DNA of 64,000 nt. Origin: an uncultured Alphaproteobacteria bacterium (lineage in GTDB: Bacteria > Pseudomonadota > Alphaproteobacteria > Rhizobiales > Rhizobiaceae). Shown piece by piece: positions 52,872 through 62,670 of this stretch (position 1 is the first letter of the stretch; every line of letters starts with the position of its first letter). The stretch lies in NCBI GenBank assembly GCA_963711925.1, contig CAVQFY010000007.1, forward strand, positions 349,601-413,600, read 5' to 3'. The translations under genes were made by a program, and so were the position numbers. Below the pieces are notes generated by a model. It was not told the origin of the DNA and did no database searches. It saw only the letters and a list, made by a program, of their open reading frames with translations.

Positions 52872-54801
52872 TTACTCAGCTCCTCCCGCTGCGGCTTTCC
52901 GTGCCTTCTTGGCTTTGTACTTGTCAAAGCCATGCAGTTCGCCTGGTTTGCGTTCTTTTGGTGTTTTCTTCGGCTTTTCAGGCTTTTCTGTGGTCCAGCC
53001 TTCCGGCTTCGCCTTGGCTGGCTTGGCCGCCCAATCGGTCCTGGGCTTCTCATCATTGGAGCGCGGCTTGCGATTGTCGAATTCACGCTTCTCGCCGAAT
53101 TGCTTCTTCGGCTTGAAGTCGCCGCCCTCAGTGCGACGCGGCGAGGAAGGGCCTGCGCCTTCGCTGCGGGTGATGTTCACGCCCTTTTCGCCGGAACCGA
53201 ACTGCTTGATCCGCGCCATGAAGGCATCGGCCTTGCTGGCGGTGATTTCGAAGCGCGTCTCCGTCTCGAGGATCTTGATCGAGCCGACATCGGTCTTGGT
53301 GATATCGCCCGCCTTGCAGATCAGCGGCAGGAGCCAGCGCGGCTCGGCGCGCTGCTTGCGGCCAACGCTCAAGGAAAACCATGCGCCGCTTTCGAACTGT
53401 TCGAAACGATCCGAGCGCGACGTGCGCTCGCCGCGGCCCGGGCGATCCTCGAAGCTGCCTTTGCGGATCGGTTCGAGGACATGCGACGGCGTGTTGGAGA
53501 GTTCTTCCGGGGCAGGGCGCGCAGCCATCTGCTGGCGCAGATAGGCAGCGGCGATCTGTTCGGCAGAATGCAGGCCGAGCAATTCGGCTACATATACCGG
53601 CCTCTTCCTCGCTCACGACTTCCGTCAAGGAAGGATCGTTGAGAATGCGGTCATGGTTGCGCTTGTTGATGGCATCGGCATCCGGCGGTGGCACCATGGT
53701 CGTCGACAGCTTGGCGCCCTGCAACAGGCGCTCGGCGGTGCGGCGGCGCGATGCCGGCACGATCAATACGCAGATGCCCTTGCGCCCGGCGCGTCCGGTG
53801 CGGCCGCTGCGATGCAGAAGCGTCTCGGAATTGTTCGGCAGGTCGGCGTGGATAACGAGGTCGAGATTGGGCAGATCGATACCGCGCGCCGCAACATCGG
53901 TTGCAACGCAGACACGGGCACGGCCATCGCGCATCGCCTGCAGGGCGTTGGTGCGCTCGGCCTGGCTGAGTTCGCCCGAAAGGGAAACGACGGAAAAGCC
54001 GCGATTGGACAGGCGGCTGGTCAGGTGCTTCACCGCTTCGCGGGTCGAGCCGAAAATGATGGTGTTTTGCGCATCGTAGAAGAGCAGGGAATTGATGATG
54101 GCGTTTTCGCGCTCACGCGGCGCCACCGGCATGATGTGATATTCGATATCCGCATGCTGCTCGCGGTCGCTCGTGGCGGAAATGCGCAGGGCGTCTTTCT
54201 GGAACTGCTTGGCAAGCAAGGCGATGGGTTTTGGTACCGTCGCCGAGAACATCAGGGTGCGGCGGTCTTTGGGCGCTTCGCCGAGAATAAATTCGAGGTC
54301 TTCGCGGAAACCGAGATCGAGCATCTCGTCGGCTTCATCGAGGACGACTGCGCGCAGTTCCTTCATGTCGAGCGAACCGCGGGTGATATGGTCGCGCAAA
54401 CGGCCGGGTGTACCGACGACGATATGCGCGCCCTGTTGCAGCGCGCGGCGCTCCTTGGTCATGTCCATGCCGCCAACGCAGGAGGCAATGCGCGCGCCGG
54501 TCGGCTCGTAGAGCCATTCGAGTTCGCGCCGAACCTGCAGTGCCAGTTCGCGCGTCGGGGCGATGACCAGTGCGTAAGGTGCGCCAATGGATGTGAAGCG
54601 GTTTTCGCCTTCAAGCAAGGTCGGTGCGATGGCGATACCGAAGGCGACAGTCTTGCCGGATCCAGTCTGGGCGGAGACCAGAAGGTCGGCGCCCTCGGCT
54701 TCCGGAGCCAGAACAGCGGTCTGCACCGGCGTCAGGGTCTCGTAGCCACGGGCTGCCAATGCACCGGACAACGCCGGGGCGATAGAATCAAAAATAGTCA
54801 T
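52872..54801 (-). CDS. DEAD-box RNA helicase (DeaD/CsdA-like, DbpA domain), apparent +1 frameshift near 53596-53601
   Basis: AQTGSGKT, PTRELA, DEADE, SAT, HRSGRTGRAG; DbpA-type domain in next frame. Confidence 0.9.
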
Positions 54802-54951
54802 CAATGAACTTTCAGTGCTGGTTTGGGCGTGTGGTTGGCTCGGCGTCAATGGGAGCACGAGCGGCACGCATGTAGCTTTGTTGCGCTCTCGTAGAGCCTG
54901 CGACGCGTTCCGTCAATGCCAAGAAACGCATAGCTCCCATCCGCACTCCCG

Positions 54952-55428
54952 TCAGGAGGTGAAGCCCGCACGTTTCAAACGCACAATAGCGAGGTCGAGC
55001 GCGGAAAGAAAGCTCGAACGATCTTTCGATGAAAACGGCCGTGGACCGCCGGTGATCTGCCCGGCGGAGCGCAGTTCGTCCATGAGATTGCGCGTTGCGA
55101 GCGTGTTGCCGATGGAGGCTTCGGTAAAGGCTCGCCCGGTCGGCGAAATGGCGTCGGCCCCGGCTTTGACGCAACGGCTGGCGAGCGGGATGTCCGCCGT
55201 CACCACGACATCGCCGCGCGAGACACGCTCCGCGATCCAGTCGTCAGCTGCGTCGAAACCATCGCTGACGATGACACGCTCGATCATCGGATCGCGCGGA
55301 ATCGCCATCATCGAGTTGGAGACGACGAAGACCTTGACGCCATAACGCTCGGCAACGCGGTAAACTTCCGCCTTGACCGGGCAGGCATCGGCGTCGACAT
55401 AGATTGTGATCTTTTTCTGTTCAGTCAT
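54952..55428 (-). CDS. YaiI/YqxD (UPF0178) family protein
   Basis: [27 protein letters not shown]. Confidence 0.92.
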   Translation of the reverse strand: MTEQKKITIYVDADACPVKAEVYRVAERYGVKVFVVSNSMMAIPRDPMIERVIVSDGFDAADDWIAERVSRGDVVVTADIPLASRCVKAGADAISPTGRAFTEASIGNTLATRNLMDELRSAGQITGGPRPFSSKDRSSFLSALDLAIVRLKRAGFTS

Positions 55429-55430
55429 AT

Positions 55431-56054
55431 TTATCCAAAAATGTGCAGGGCCGCGAGACCGACCGAGGCGCCGAGCCCGATGGCGATGCCTGCGGCAAGC
55501 GCTGCCACCAAAAGGCCTGTTCCAAGCCAGACGCCATCCTGTTCGCCAAGGCCGATGGCCAAAAGGACAATGCTGAGCGCCGGCAGCTGATTGATGAGCG
55601 GGACCGGCAGGATGACAATCAGCGACATCAGCAGCGCGACGATGCTGACGACACGCTCGACGATCATTTGCGGAACGAACCAATAGCGCGGGCGTGCCAG
55701 CTTTTCAAAGCGAACGAGCATGGGCTCCAGCCTTGCAATGAACCTGCGATACGTTTCGACCTGCATGGATTTGCGCCGCATGAAGGCCGGAAACCACGGT
55801 TTTTCAAAGCCGAGCAGCATCTGGATCGAGAGCAGCACCAGCGGAATGCCGAAGATCGTGGAAGTGCCCGGAGGAAGCGGCACAAGATTGAGCGCCGCAA
55901 AAAGAATCATCAGCGCGCCGAAACTGCGTTCAGACAAGGCGTCAAGAATGTCGTCGAACGATATTCTTGACGCAGGATCCGCGCCGATCTCGACAAGTAC
56001 TTTGGACAAGCGCCGCGTATCCGGATCGTACGGCGTGCTATCGTCGCCGCTCAT
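55431..56054 (-). CDS. exoD: ExoD family membrane protein
   Basis: [30 protein letters not shown]. Confidence 0.88.
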   Translation of the reverse strand: MSGDDSTPYDPDTRRLSKVLVEIGADPASRISFDDILDALSERSFGALMILFAALNLVPLPPGTSTIFGIPLVLLSIQMLLGFEKPWFPAFMRRKSMQVETYRRFIARLEPMLVRFEKLARPRYWFVPQMIVERVVSIVALLMSLIVILPVPLINQLPALSIVLLAIGLGEQDGVWLGTGLLVAALAAGIAIGLGASVGLAALHIFG

Positions 56055-56057
56055 CGA

Positions 56058-56177
56058 TATTCACGCTGTGACAACCTGCAAATGGCGTTTTTCTGCGCTC
56101 CGGTGCTCACGTACCTTAAAGTAGGCTGCACTCCGGTGCCCGAGAACCACCATTTTCGTCGCGTCATGGCATGAATC
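56058..56177. repeat. Repeat family B copy 2 (120 bp)
   Basis: Colinear with copy 1, same length, ends in CATGAATC. Confidence 0.9.
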
Positions 56178-56201
56178 TCAACAGTCATGCGTGGAGGACA
56201 T

Positions 56202-57083
56202 TCAGCGCGTCGGAACGGGATGTTCGCCGCGATAATCATAGAAGCCGCGGCCGGCCTTGCGTCCAAGCCAACCGGCCTCGACATATTTTACCAGGAGCGG
56301 GCAGGGGCGATATTTGGAATCCGCCAGGCCGTCATACAGTACCTGCATGATCGACAGGCAGGTATCGAGGCCGATGAAATCGGCCAGCTGCAACGGCCCC
56401 ATGGGGTGATTGGCGCCGAGTTTCATCGCGGTATCGATGGCATCGACCGAGCCGACGCCCTCATAGAGCACGTAAATCGCTTCGTTGATCATCGGCAAAA
56501 GGATGCGATTGACGATGAATGCCGGAAAATCCTCGGATACGGTAATGGTTTTGTCGAGGCTTGCGACAAATTCCCGGGCACTTTCGAATGTGACGTTCTC
56601 TGTTGCGATGCCGCGAATAAGCTCGACCAGATGCATCACCGGAACCGGATTCATGAAGTGAATGCCGATGAATTGTTCCGGGCGATCGGTGGTCGCAGCA
56701 AGGCGTGTGATCGATATCGATGAGGTATTGGTGGCGAGAATGGCTTCCGGATTGAGGTTTGGACAAAGCTGCGCGAAAATCTTGCGTTTTACGGTCTCAT
56801 CTTCCGTGGCTGCCTCAATAGCAAGATCGACACCGGAAAGGTCCTCCATCCGCAAGGCCGGACGGATACGCGACATTCCCTTGACGCGCTCCGCTTCCTC
56901 GAGCTTGCCGTGGGATACCTGGCGGGCCATGTTGCCGTTAACGGTGGCGAGCGCCTTTTCGATCTGCTCGGCCGACTGGTCATGGATCAAAACATCGTAT
57001 CCAGCCAAAGCGCAGACATGTGCAATACCGCTGCCCATCTGCCCTGCGCCAACAATGCCTACGGTCTTGATCGAGCCTGCCAT
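56202..57083 (-). CDS. hbd: 3-hydroxybutyryl-CoA dehydrogenase
   Basis: VGAGQMGSG, IEAATE, TNTSS, HFMNP, HPMGPL. Confidence 0.93.
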   Translation of the reverse strand: MAGSIKTVGIVGAGQMGSGIAHVCALAGYDVLIHDQSAEQIEKALATVNGNMARQVSHGKLEEAERVKGMSRIRPALRMEDLSGVDLAIEAATEDETVKRKIFAQLCPNLNPEAILATNTSSISITRLAATTDRPEQFIGIHFMNPVPVMHLVELIRGIATENVTFESAREFVASLDKTITVSEDFPAFIVNRILLPMINEAIYVLYEGVGSVDAIDTAMKLGANHPMGPLQLADFIGLDTCLSIMQVLYDGLADSKYRPCPLLVKYVEAGWLGRKAGRGFYDYRGEHPVPTR

Positions 57084-57125
57084 GTTTCCATCCGCTTTTT
57101 TTATGAATATATCACACAAACTAAA

Positions 57126-57156
57126 TGGCCGGGGTAGCGTTCGTCTACCCCGGCCA
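57126..57156 (-). terminator. Probable terminator of etfBA
   Basis: tggccggggtag-N7-ctaccccggcca perfect 12-bp stem followed by U-rich stretch on minus strand. Confidence 0.65.
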
Positions 57157-57170
57157 AGCAAAAATGCTGA

Positions 57171-57351
57171 TTATCTCCCCCCTTGTGGGGGAGAAAGCGA
57201 TTTCAGCATCTTAGCCCTTGCTAAGTGCTAGAAATCGCAAGAGAGGGGATAGTGGATGATGGCTTCAAATCCCCTCTCTTGGATTTTCTAAGGATTTAGC
57301 GAAGGGCTAAATCCAAAAAAATCCTTTCTCTCCCACAAAGGGGAGAGATAA
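57171..57351. repeat. Repeat family A copy 4 (181 bp)
   Basis: Same architecture; between etfA stop and the hairpin at 57126. Confidence 0.95.
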
Positions 57352-57370
57352 CGCTGCGGCTTTTGAAAAT

Positions 57371-58300
57371 TCAAAGCGCTTTTTCAAGCTCGGGCAGGAT
57401 GACGAAGAGATCACCGACGAGACCGTAATCGGCGACCTGGAAGATCGGGGCTTCCTCGTCCTTGTTGATCGCGACGATGACCTTCGAGTCCTTCATCCCG
57501 GCGAGATGCTGGATCGCGCCGGAAATACCGACGGCAATGTAGAGATCCGGTGCAACCACCTTGCCGGTCTGGCCAACCTGCCAGTCGTTCGGGGCGTAGC
57601 CGGCATCCACCGCAGCGCGCGAGGCGCCAACAGCTGCACCGAGCTTGTCGGCAACGGGAAGGATCACTTCCTTGAACTTCTCGCTCGAGCCAAGGGCACG
57701 GCCACCGGAGATGATGATCCTCGCCGATGTCAGCTCCGGACGGTCGCCGCCGGAAAGCTTGGCCTCGACGAACTTCGACAGGCCGGGATTGGCTGCAGCC
57801 GAGACATTCTCGACGGAAGCCGAACCACCTTCACCAGCTGCCGCGAAGGTTGCGGTGCGCACGGTGATGACCTTCTTGGCATCGGTTGCCTGCACGGTCT
57901 GGATGGCGTTGCCGGCATAGATCGGACGCTTGAACGTATCGGCCGAGATCACCTCGATGATGTCCGAGACCTGCATGACGTCGAGCAGGGCAGCAACACG
58001 CGGCAGGATGTTCTTGCCGTTTGTGGTCGCGGCCGCAATGATCGTGTCATAATTGCCGGCGAGCGAAACGATGAGCGCCGCGCTTGCTTCGGCAAGGCGG
58101 TTGGCCAGATCGTCACTGTCGGCCAGCAGAACCTTTTTGACACCGGCAAGCTTTGCAGCCTGTTCGGCGACGCCCTTGGCGCCTTTGCCTGCGACGAGTA
58201 CGTGCACATCGGAGCCGATGGCAAGCGCTGCCGTCAGCGCCTTGGCGGTCTGGTCGGAAAGGGTCTCGTTGTCGTGTTCGGCAAAAAGAAGAATAGCCAT
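57371..58300 (-). CDS. etfA: Electron transfer flavoprotein alpha subunit
   Basis: [33 protein letters not shown]. Confidence 0.97.
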   Translation of the reverse strand: MAILLFAEHDNETLSDQTAKALTAALAIGSDVHVLVAGKGAKGVAEQAAKLAGVKKVLLADSDDLANRLAEASAALIVSLAGNYDTIIAAATTNGKNILPRVAALLDVMQVSDIIEVISADTFKRPIYAGNAIQTVQATDAKKVITVRTATFAAAGEGGSASVENVSAAANPGLSKFVEAKLSGGDRPELTSARIIISGGRALGSSEKFKEVILPVADKLGAAVGASRAAVDAGYAPNDWQVGQTGKVVAPDLYIAVGISGAIQHLAGMKDSKVIVAINKDEEAPIFQVADYGLVGDLFVILPELEKAL

Positions 58301-58318
58301 GGTGAAATTCCTTATCCT

Positions 58319-59071
58319 TTAAATCAGAACGCCGGCTTCGTTCTTCAGCTTGCTGATGAGTTCAGCGACATCCTTGACCTTGACGCCCGCCTTGCGGCCA
58401 CCCGGCTCCTCGGTCTTGATGACCTTGAGGCGCGGCTTGGTATCGACGCCATAATCGGCAGCGGACTTTTCATCCAGCGGCTTCTTCTTGGCCTTCATGA
58501 TGTTCGGCAGCGAGGCATAGCGCGGCTGGTTCAGACGCAGGTCGGTGGTGACGATCGCCGGGAGCGTGATTTCGATGGTCTGCAAACCGCCATCGACTTC
58601 GCGGGTGACCTTGGCATTGTCGCTGCCGAGTTCGACCTTCGAGGCGAAGGTGCCCTGGCTCCAGCCGAGCAGGGCCGCAAGCATCTGACCGGTCTGATTG
58701 GCATCGTCATCGATAGCCTGCTTGCCGAGGATGACCAGCTTTGGCTGTTCGGCATCGACGACGCCTTTCAGGATCTTGGCGACGGCGAGCGGCTCGACGA
58801 TATCGTCGACCTTGACCAGAATGCCGCGGTCGGCACCCATGGCGAGCGCGGTGCGGATGGTTTCCTGCGCCTGCGCCGGGCCGATCGATACGACGATCAC
58901 TTCCTCGACCTTGCCGGCTTCCTTCAGACGGAGAGCTTCCTCGACTGCGATTTCGTCGAACGGGTTCATCGACATCTTCACATTGGCAAGTTCAACGCCT
59001 GAGCCGTCGCCTTTAACCCTGATCTTCACGTTGTAATCGACTACCCGCTTTACCGGTACGAGGACTTTCAT
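58319..59071 (-). CDS. etfB: Electron transfer flavoprotein beta subunit
   Basis: [34 protein letters not shown]. Confidence 0.97.
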   Translation of the reverse strand: MKVLVPVKRVVDYNVKIRVKGDGSGVELANVKMSMNPFDEIAVEEALRLKEAGKVEEVIVVSIGPAQAQETIRTALAMGADRGILVKVDDIVEPLAVAKILKGVVDAEQPKLVILGKQAIDDDANQTGQMLAALLGWSQGTFASKVELGSDNAKVTREVDGGLQTIEITLPAIVTTDLRLNQPRYASLPNIMKAKKKPLDEKSAADYGVDTKPRLKVIKTEEPGGRKAGVKVKDVAELISKLKNEAGVLI

Positions 59072-59200
59072 AGGGATTCCCTCTCAAATAAACGAAGGAC
59101 AGATTTACTGTCCGGTGGTGCTGCCCGCTTGCCGGAAGCCGACATCGAGGTGAGAAAAACGACACTGCAGCGTCTGAGTTGCGCGGGACCGTAAATATGA

Positions 59201-59216
59201 GCGACGTAAAGGTCAA
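59201..59216. promoter_or_regulatory. Possible LiuR-like operator upstream of etfB
   Basis: Minus strand TTGACCTTTACGTCGC resembles TTGACGT-N2-ACGTCAA palindrome. Confidence 0.35.
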
Positions 59217-59252
59217 TCTGCTTGCGCCAAGTTCAACCGATTGAAAGAACGA

Positions 59253-60014
59253 TCAGCGGCCCCACTTGACCGGTTCTGCCTCGCGGGTGACAGGCTCCGG
59301 TTGTTTCTCTACAACTACGGCGCGCGGCGAGACGATAGCGCGGTCAAACAATGGCACGCTTCGGCGCTTCATTATCACGATGAGAACAGCGCCGGCGATG
59401 ATGCCGCCGACATGGGCCGGCCAGGACACCTGTTCCTGCCCGCCCCATACAAGCATTGCGAATTGTGTCACGACCCACAGCACCAGCGGATATATTGCCG
59501 GGATGCGCAGGGGAATGCGCCCAAACGCCAGCACCCAGACCTTTACGCGTGGATGCAGCAGCAGATAGGCGGAGACGATACCGGCAATCGCCCCGGACGC
59601 GCCGATGAGCGGCGCTTCTGAATCGGGCAGGATCACGCCATGCAGGAACGCTCCGGCCGCAGCGCATAGAAGATAGAAAATCAGAAATTTGATGTGACCG
59701 AGCGCGTCTTCGACATTGTCGCCGAAAACCCAGAGGAAAAGCATATTGCCGCCGAGATGGAAGATATCCGCGTGGAGAAACGCATAGGTGATGTAGGTGA
59801 AATCGGACGGGACGAAGTAATAACTGGCAGGTAGAACCGCCATGTCATGAATGACGGCGGGTATGTAACCGAGGCCGATCGCGGCCGCCTGGGCAGTCTC
59901 GCCGTCAACAGCCATGACCAGATAGACAAGCACGTTGATGACGATCAGCGAAAGCGTCACATACTGCAGCTTGATGTATTTGAGACTGTTGGCGTCATGC
60001 AATGGAATGAACAT
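59253..60014 (-). CDS. Rhomboid-family intramembrane serine protease
   Basis: HADIFHLGGNM, GASG catalytic Ser, AHVGG catalytic His. Confidence 0.92.
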   Translation of the reverse strand: MFIPLHDANSLKYIKLQYVTLSLIVINVLVYLVMAVDGETAQAAAIGLGYIPAVIHDMAVLPASYYFVPSDFTYITYAFLHADIFHLGGNMLFLWVFGDNVEDALGHIKFLIFYLLCAAAGAFLHGVILPDSEAPLIGASGAIAGIVSAYLLLHPRVKVWVLAFGRIPLRIPAIYPLVLWVVTQFAMLVWGGQEQVSWPAHVGGIIAGAVLIVIMKRRSVPLFDRAIVSPRAVVVEKQPEPVTREAEPVKWGR

Positions 60015-60048
60015 CGGCGCCGGTCCCCAGCCTTAGCGATTGTGACAA

Positions 60049-60631
60049 TTAGCGATTATGACCGGGCACCCATAACACGTCCTTCGCGCCATTGTCATTG
60101 ACCACGCGGGCCGCGACGAAGAGAAAATCCGACACGCGGTTGATGTATTTCAGGGCGGCCGGTGTGACCGTCTCGTCAGGCTTCTGCGCGAGTTCGACCA
60201 TCTGCCGTTCGGCGCGGCGTGCCACGGTCCGGGCAAGGTGCAGGGCGGCGGATGCGGGCGAGCCGCCGGGAAGTACAAACGAGCGCAGTGGCGCAAGGTT
60301 GGCGTTCAATTGGTCGATATCGGCTTCGAGCGCGCAGGACCTGGCTGTCGATAATGCGCAAGGGTTCGTAAGGAAGGGTTTGACCCGTATCGGGCGTTGC
60401 AAGATCGGCACCGAGATCGAAGAGGTCGTTCTGGATGCGCATGAGCATGGCGTCGAGTTCGGGGAAGTCTTTTTCCGTATGGAGCCGCGCAAGCCCGAGA
60501 CAAGAATTTGCTTCGTCGACTGTGCCGTAGGCTTCAACGCGCAGATCATGTTTGAGACGCCGTTCGCCGCTGCCGAGGCCGGTCGTGCCGTCATCGCCGG
60601 TCCGCGTGTATATCTTGTTGAGCTTGACCAT
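60049..60631 (-). CDS. PduO-type cob(I)alamin adenosyltransferase, apparent +1 frameshift near 60330-60335
   Basis: [26 protein letters not shown] then [23 protein letters not shown]. Confidence 0.9.
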
Positions 60632-60644
60632 ATGATTGGTGTCT

Positions 60645-60842
60645 CTAGCCTGCCGCGCGGTGGAAATAGATCGCACCGACGATGAGGATAATGGCGACCA
60701 GCTGCAATAATATGCGCAATTGCATCATCTTGTTGGAGAAGTTGGCGTCGCCGCCCTTCATCATGTTGCGCAGGCCAATCAGAAGCACAATGGTCACCGC
60801 GGCAATTGCCACGAGCGCCAAAAATTTGAAAATGACATCCAT
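60645..60842 (-). CDS. Twin transmembrane helix small protein (HIG1-like)
   Basis: [21 protein letters not shown]. Confidence 0.85.
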   Translation of the reverse strand: MDVIFKFLALVAIAAVTIVLLIGLRNMMKGGDANFSNKMMQLRILLQLVAIILIVGAIYFHRAAG

Positions 60843-60885
60843 ACTCTATTCCTTGATCGTCAGACTTGCCTGCAGTCTGCTCCTG

Positions 60886-61719
60886 TCACGACTGGCTCGC
60901 AAGCACGCGATATAGCGCACGTGCGGATAGAAATCTGCGGGCAAAGTTTGTAATTTTTGCCGGGCGTGTCACCAGATAATGAGGACGCGGGCGGGGATTT
61001 TCCAATGCGTCCTTAAGCACCGCATAGACCGCATCGGGACCGAGTTTAAATTTCGACTTGGTGCCGCCCCCCGAAAGCCGGGCTATCAGCCTGCGGTACT
61101 CGTCACGATGCACCGAGTTTTCGACGTCGATGTACTTTTCGATCTGCTTGCGGGCATTGTAGGTGAACCGCGTGGCGATGGGCCCTGGCTCGATCAGCGA
61201 CATTTGGACGCCTGAGCCTTCCAGTTCCATCCGCTGCACCAGCATCAGCCCTTCCAGCGCGAATTTTGATGCGACATAGGCGCCGCGCCATTTCATCGGT
61301 ACGAGGCCAAGGATGGACGAGCAATGGACGATCCGGCCATGGCCCTGCTTGCGCATCACCGGTACAAGATACTGGGTGAGCTCATGCCAACCGAAGAAAT
61401 TGCTGTCGAACTGTTCGCGCAGTCCATTGATGGGGAGATCTTCCACCGCGCCGGGCAAAGCGTAGGCGCCATTGTTGAAGAGGGCATCCAGTGTTCCGCC
61501 GGTTTCGCTGAGAACTGCCTCGACAAGCGCAGAGATCGATTCGGATTTGCTGTAGTCCATATAGAAGGCGGCGAATCCATCTGCTTGAAGCATTTCAATA
61601 TCTGCGGGATTCCGGGCGGTCGCGAAGACGGTCCAGCCATCCTGTTTCAACGCCCGGGCGCAATAGGCACCTATCCCGCTGGAACATCCTGTGATCAAAA
61701 TCGTTCTAGAACGGGTCAT
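60886..61719 (-). CDS. SDR family oxidoreductase
   Basis: ITGCSSGIG, LFNNG, YVASK (YxxxK), IEPGPI. Confidence 0.92.
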   Translation of the reverse strand: MTRSRTILITGCSSGIGAYCARALKQDGWTVFATARNPADIEMLQADGFAAFYMDYSKSESISALVEAVLSETGGTLDALFNNGAYALPGAVEDLPINGLREQFDSNFFGWHELTQYLVPVMRKQGHGRIVHCSSILGLVPMKWRGAYVASKFALEGLMLVQRMELEGSGVQMSLIEPGPIATRFTYNARKQIEKYIDVENSVHRDEYRRLIARLSGGGTKSKFKLGPDAVYAVLKDALENPRPRPHYLVTRPAKITNFARRFLSARALYRVLASQS

Positions 61720-61814
61720 GTTTTCCGGATGTTTTTCAATTGATTGCATGAAAAGACTTCACATATTCCCCGGCGCCTTGCAATCTGCTCAGTTGAAGGG
61801 GCGAACAATCATCT

Positions 61815-62670
61815 ATGCGTAGGGCAAAATCTTTTCTTTGGCGTGTTGTCGTCGATACGTGGCGGCATTTCAGCACCGATGATGGGTGGGCGCTCGCAAG
61901 CCACGTTGCCCTTTCGGGAATTCTCGCGCTTTTTCCGTTCCTGATTTTTGCAACGTCCCTCGCAAGCTTTCTTGGGGCGAGCGCCTTCACGGATACGGCC
62001 GTTCACGTGATTTTCGATACATGGCCGGAGGTGATCGCCAAGCCGATTGCGCAGGAAGTGCGCAATGTCCTCAATATCCAGCGCGGCGGTCTTTTGACGA
62101 TCAGCGTGATCGCGGCGGCCTATTTTGCCTCGAACGGCATCGAAGCGCTGCGGGTGGCGCTCAACCGTGCCTATCGCGTGATCGATACGCGTTCGATCGT
62201 CTATTGCCGCCTGCAAAGCCTCGGCTATGTCATCGTCGCAACGATCGGCATCATGGCCATCAGCTTCCTGCTGATCCTTGCGCCGCTCGCCATGCGTATA
62301 GCGACCATCTATATCCCGGAACTTGTTCTCGTATCAGGAACGATCAGTTTTTGGCGCTACTGTATTGCCTCGGCTGTGCTGATCATCGGCTTGCTGGTCG
62401 TGCATTTGTGGCTGCCGGCCGGGCATCGCCGTTTTGTCGAGATACTTGCCCGGCGTCCTGTTGACGCTGCTTGCCTGGACCGTTGGCGCTACGATCTTTG
62501 CAAGTTATCTCGAAACCTTTGCAACCTATGTGTCGACTTATGCGGGCCTCGCATCGATCATGGCGGCGATCGTTTTCCTTTATATCGTCGCGGCGATCTT
62601 CATCATCGGCGCGGAAATCAACGCCGCGATCATCCGTTATTGGGAAATCGAGGAAGCCACGCGTCTCTGA
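61815..62670 (+). CDS. YihY/BrkB family membrane protein, apparent +1 frameshift near 62445-62451
   Basis: DDGWALASH, ALFPFLIF, ALNRAY then LPGVLL, YVSTYAGL, GAEINAA. Confidence 0.85.

Noticed and set aside
39521-57351. Family A repeats as a CRISPR array
   Set aside because: Copies are kilobases apart, ~180 bp and not tandem, with no cas genes; only the variable loop is spacer-like.
62383-62636. C-terminal extension of the DMT ORF overlapping yihY
   Set aside because: Artefact of the +1 frameshift at ~62694.
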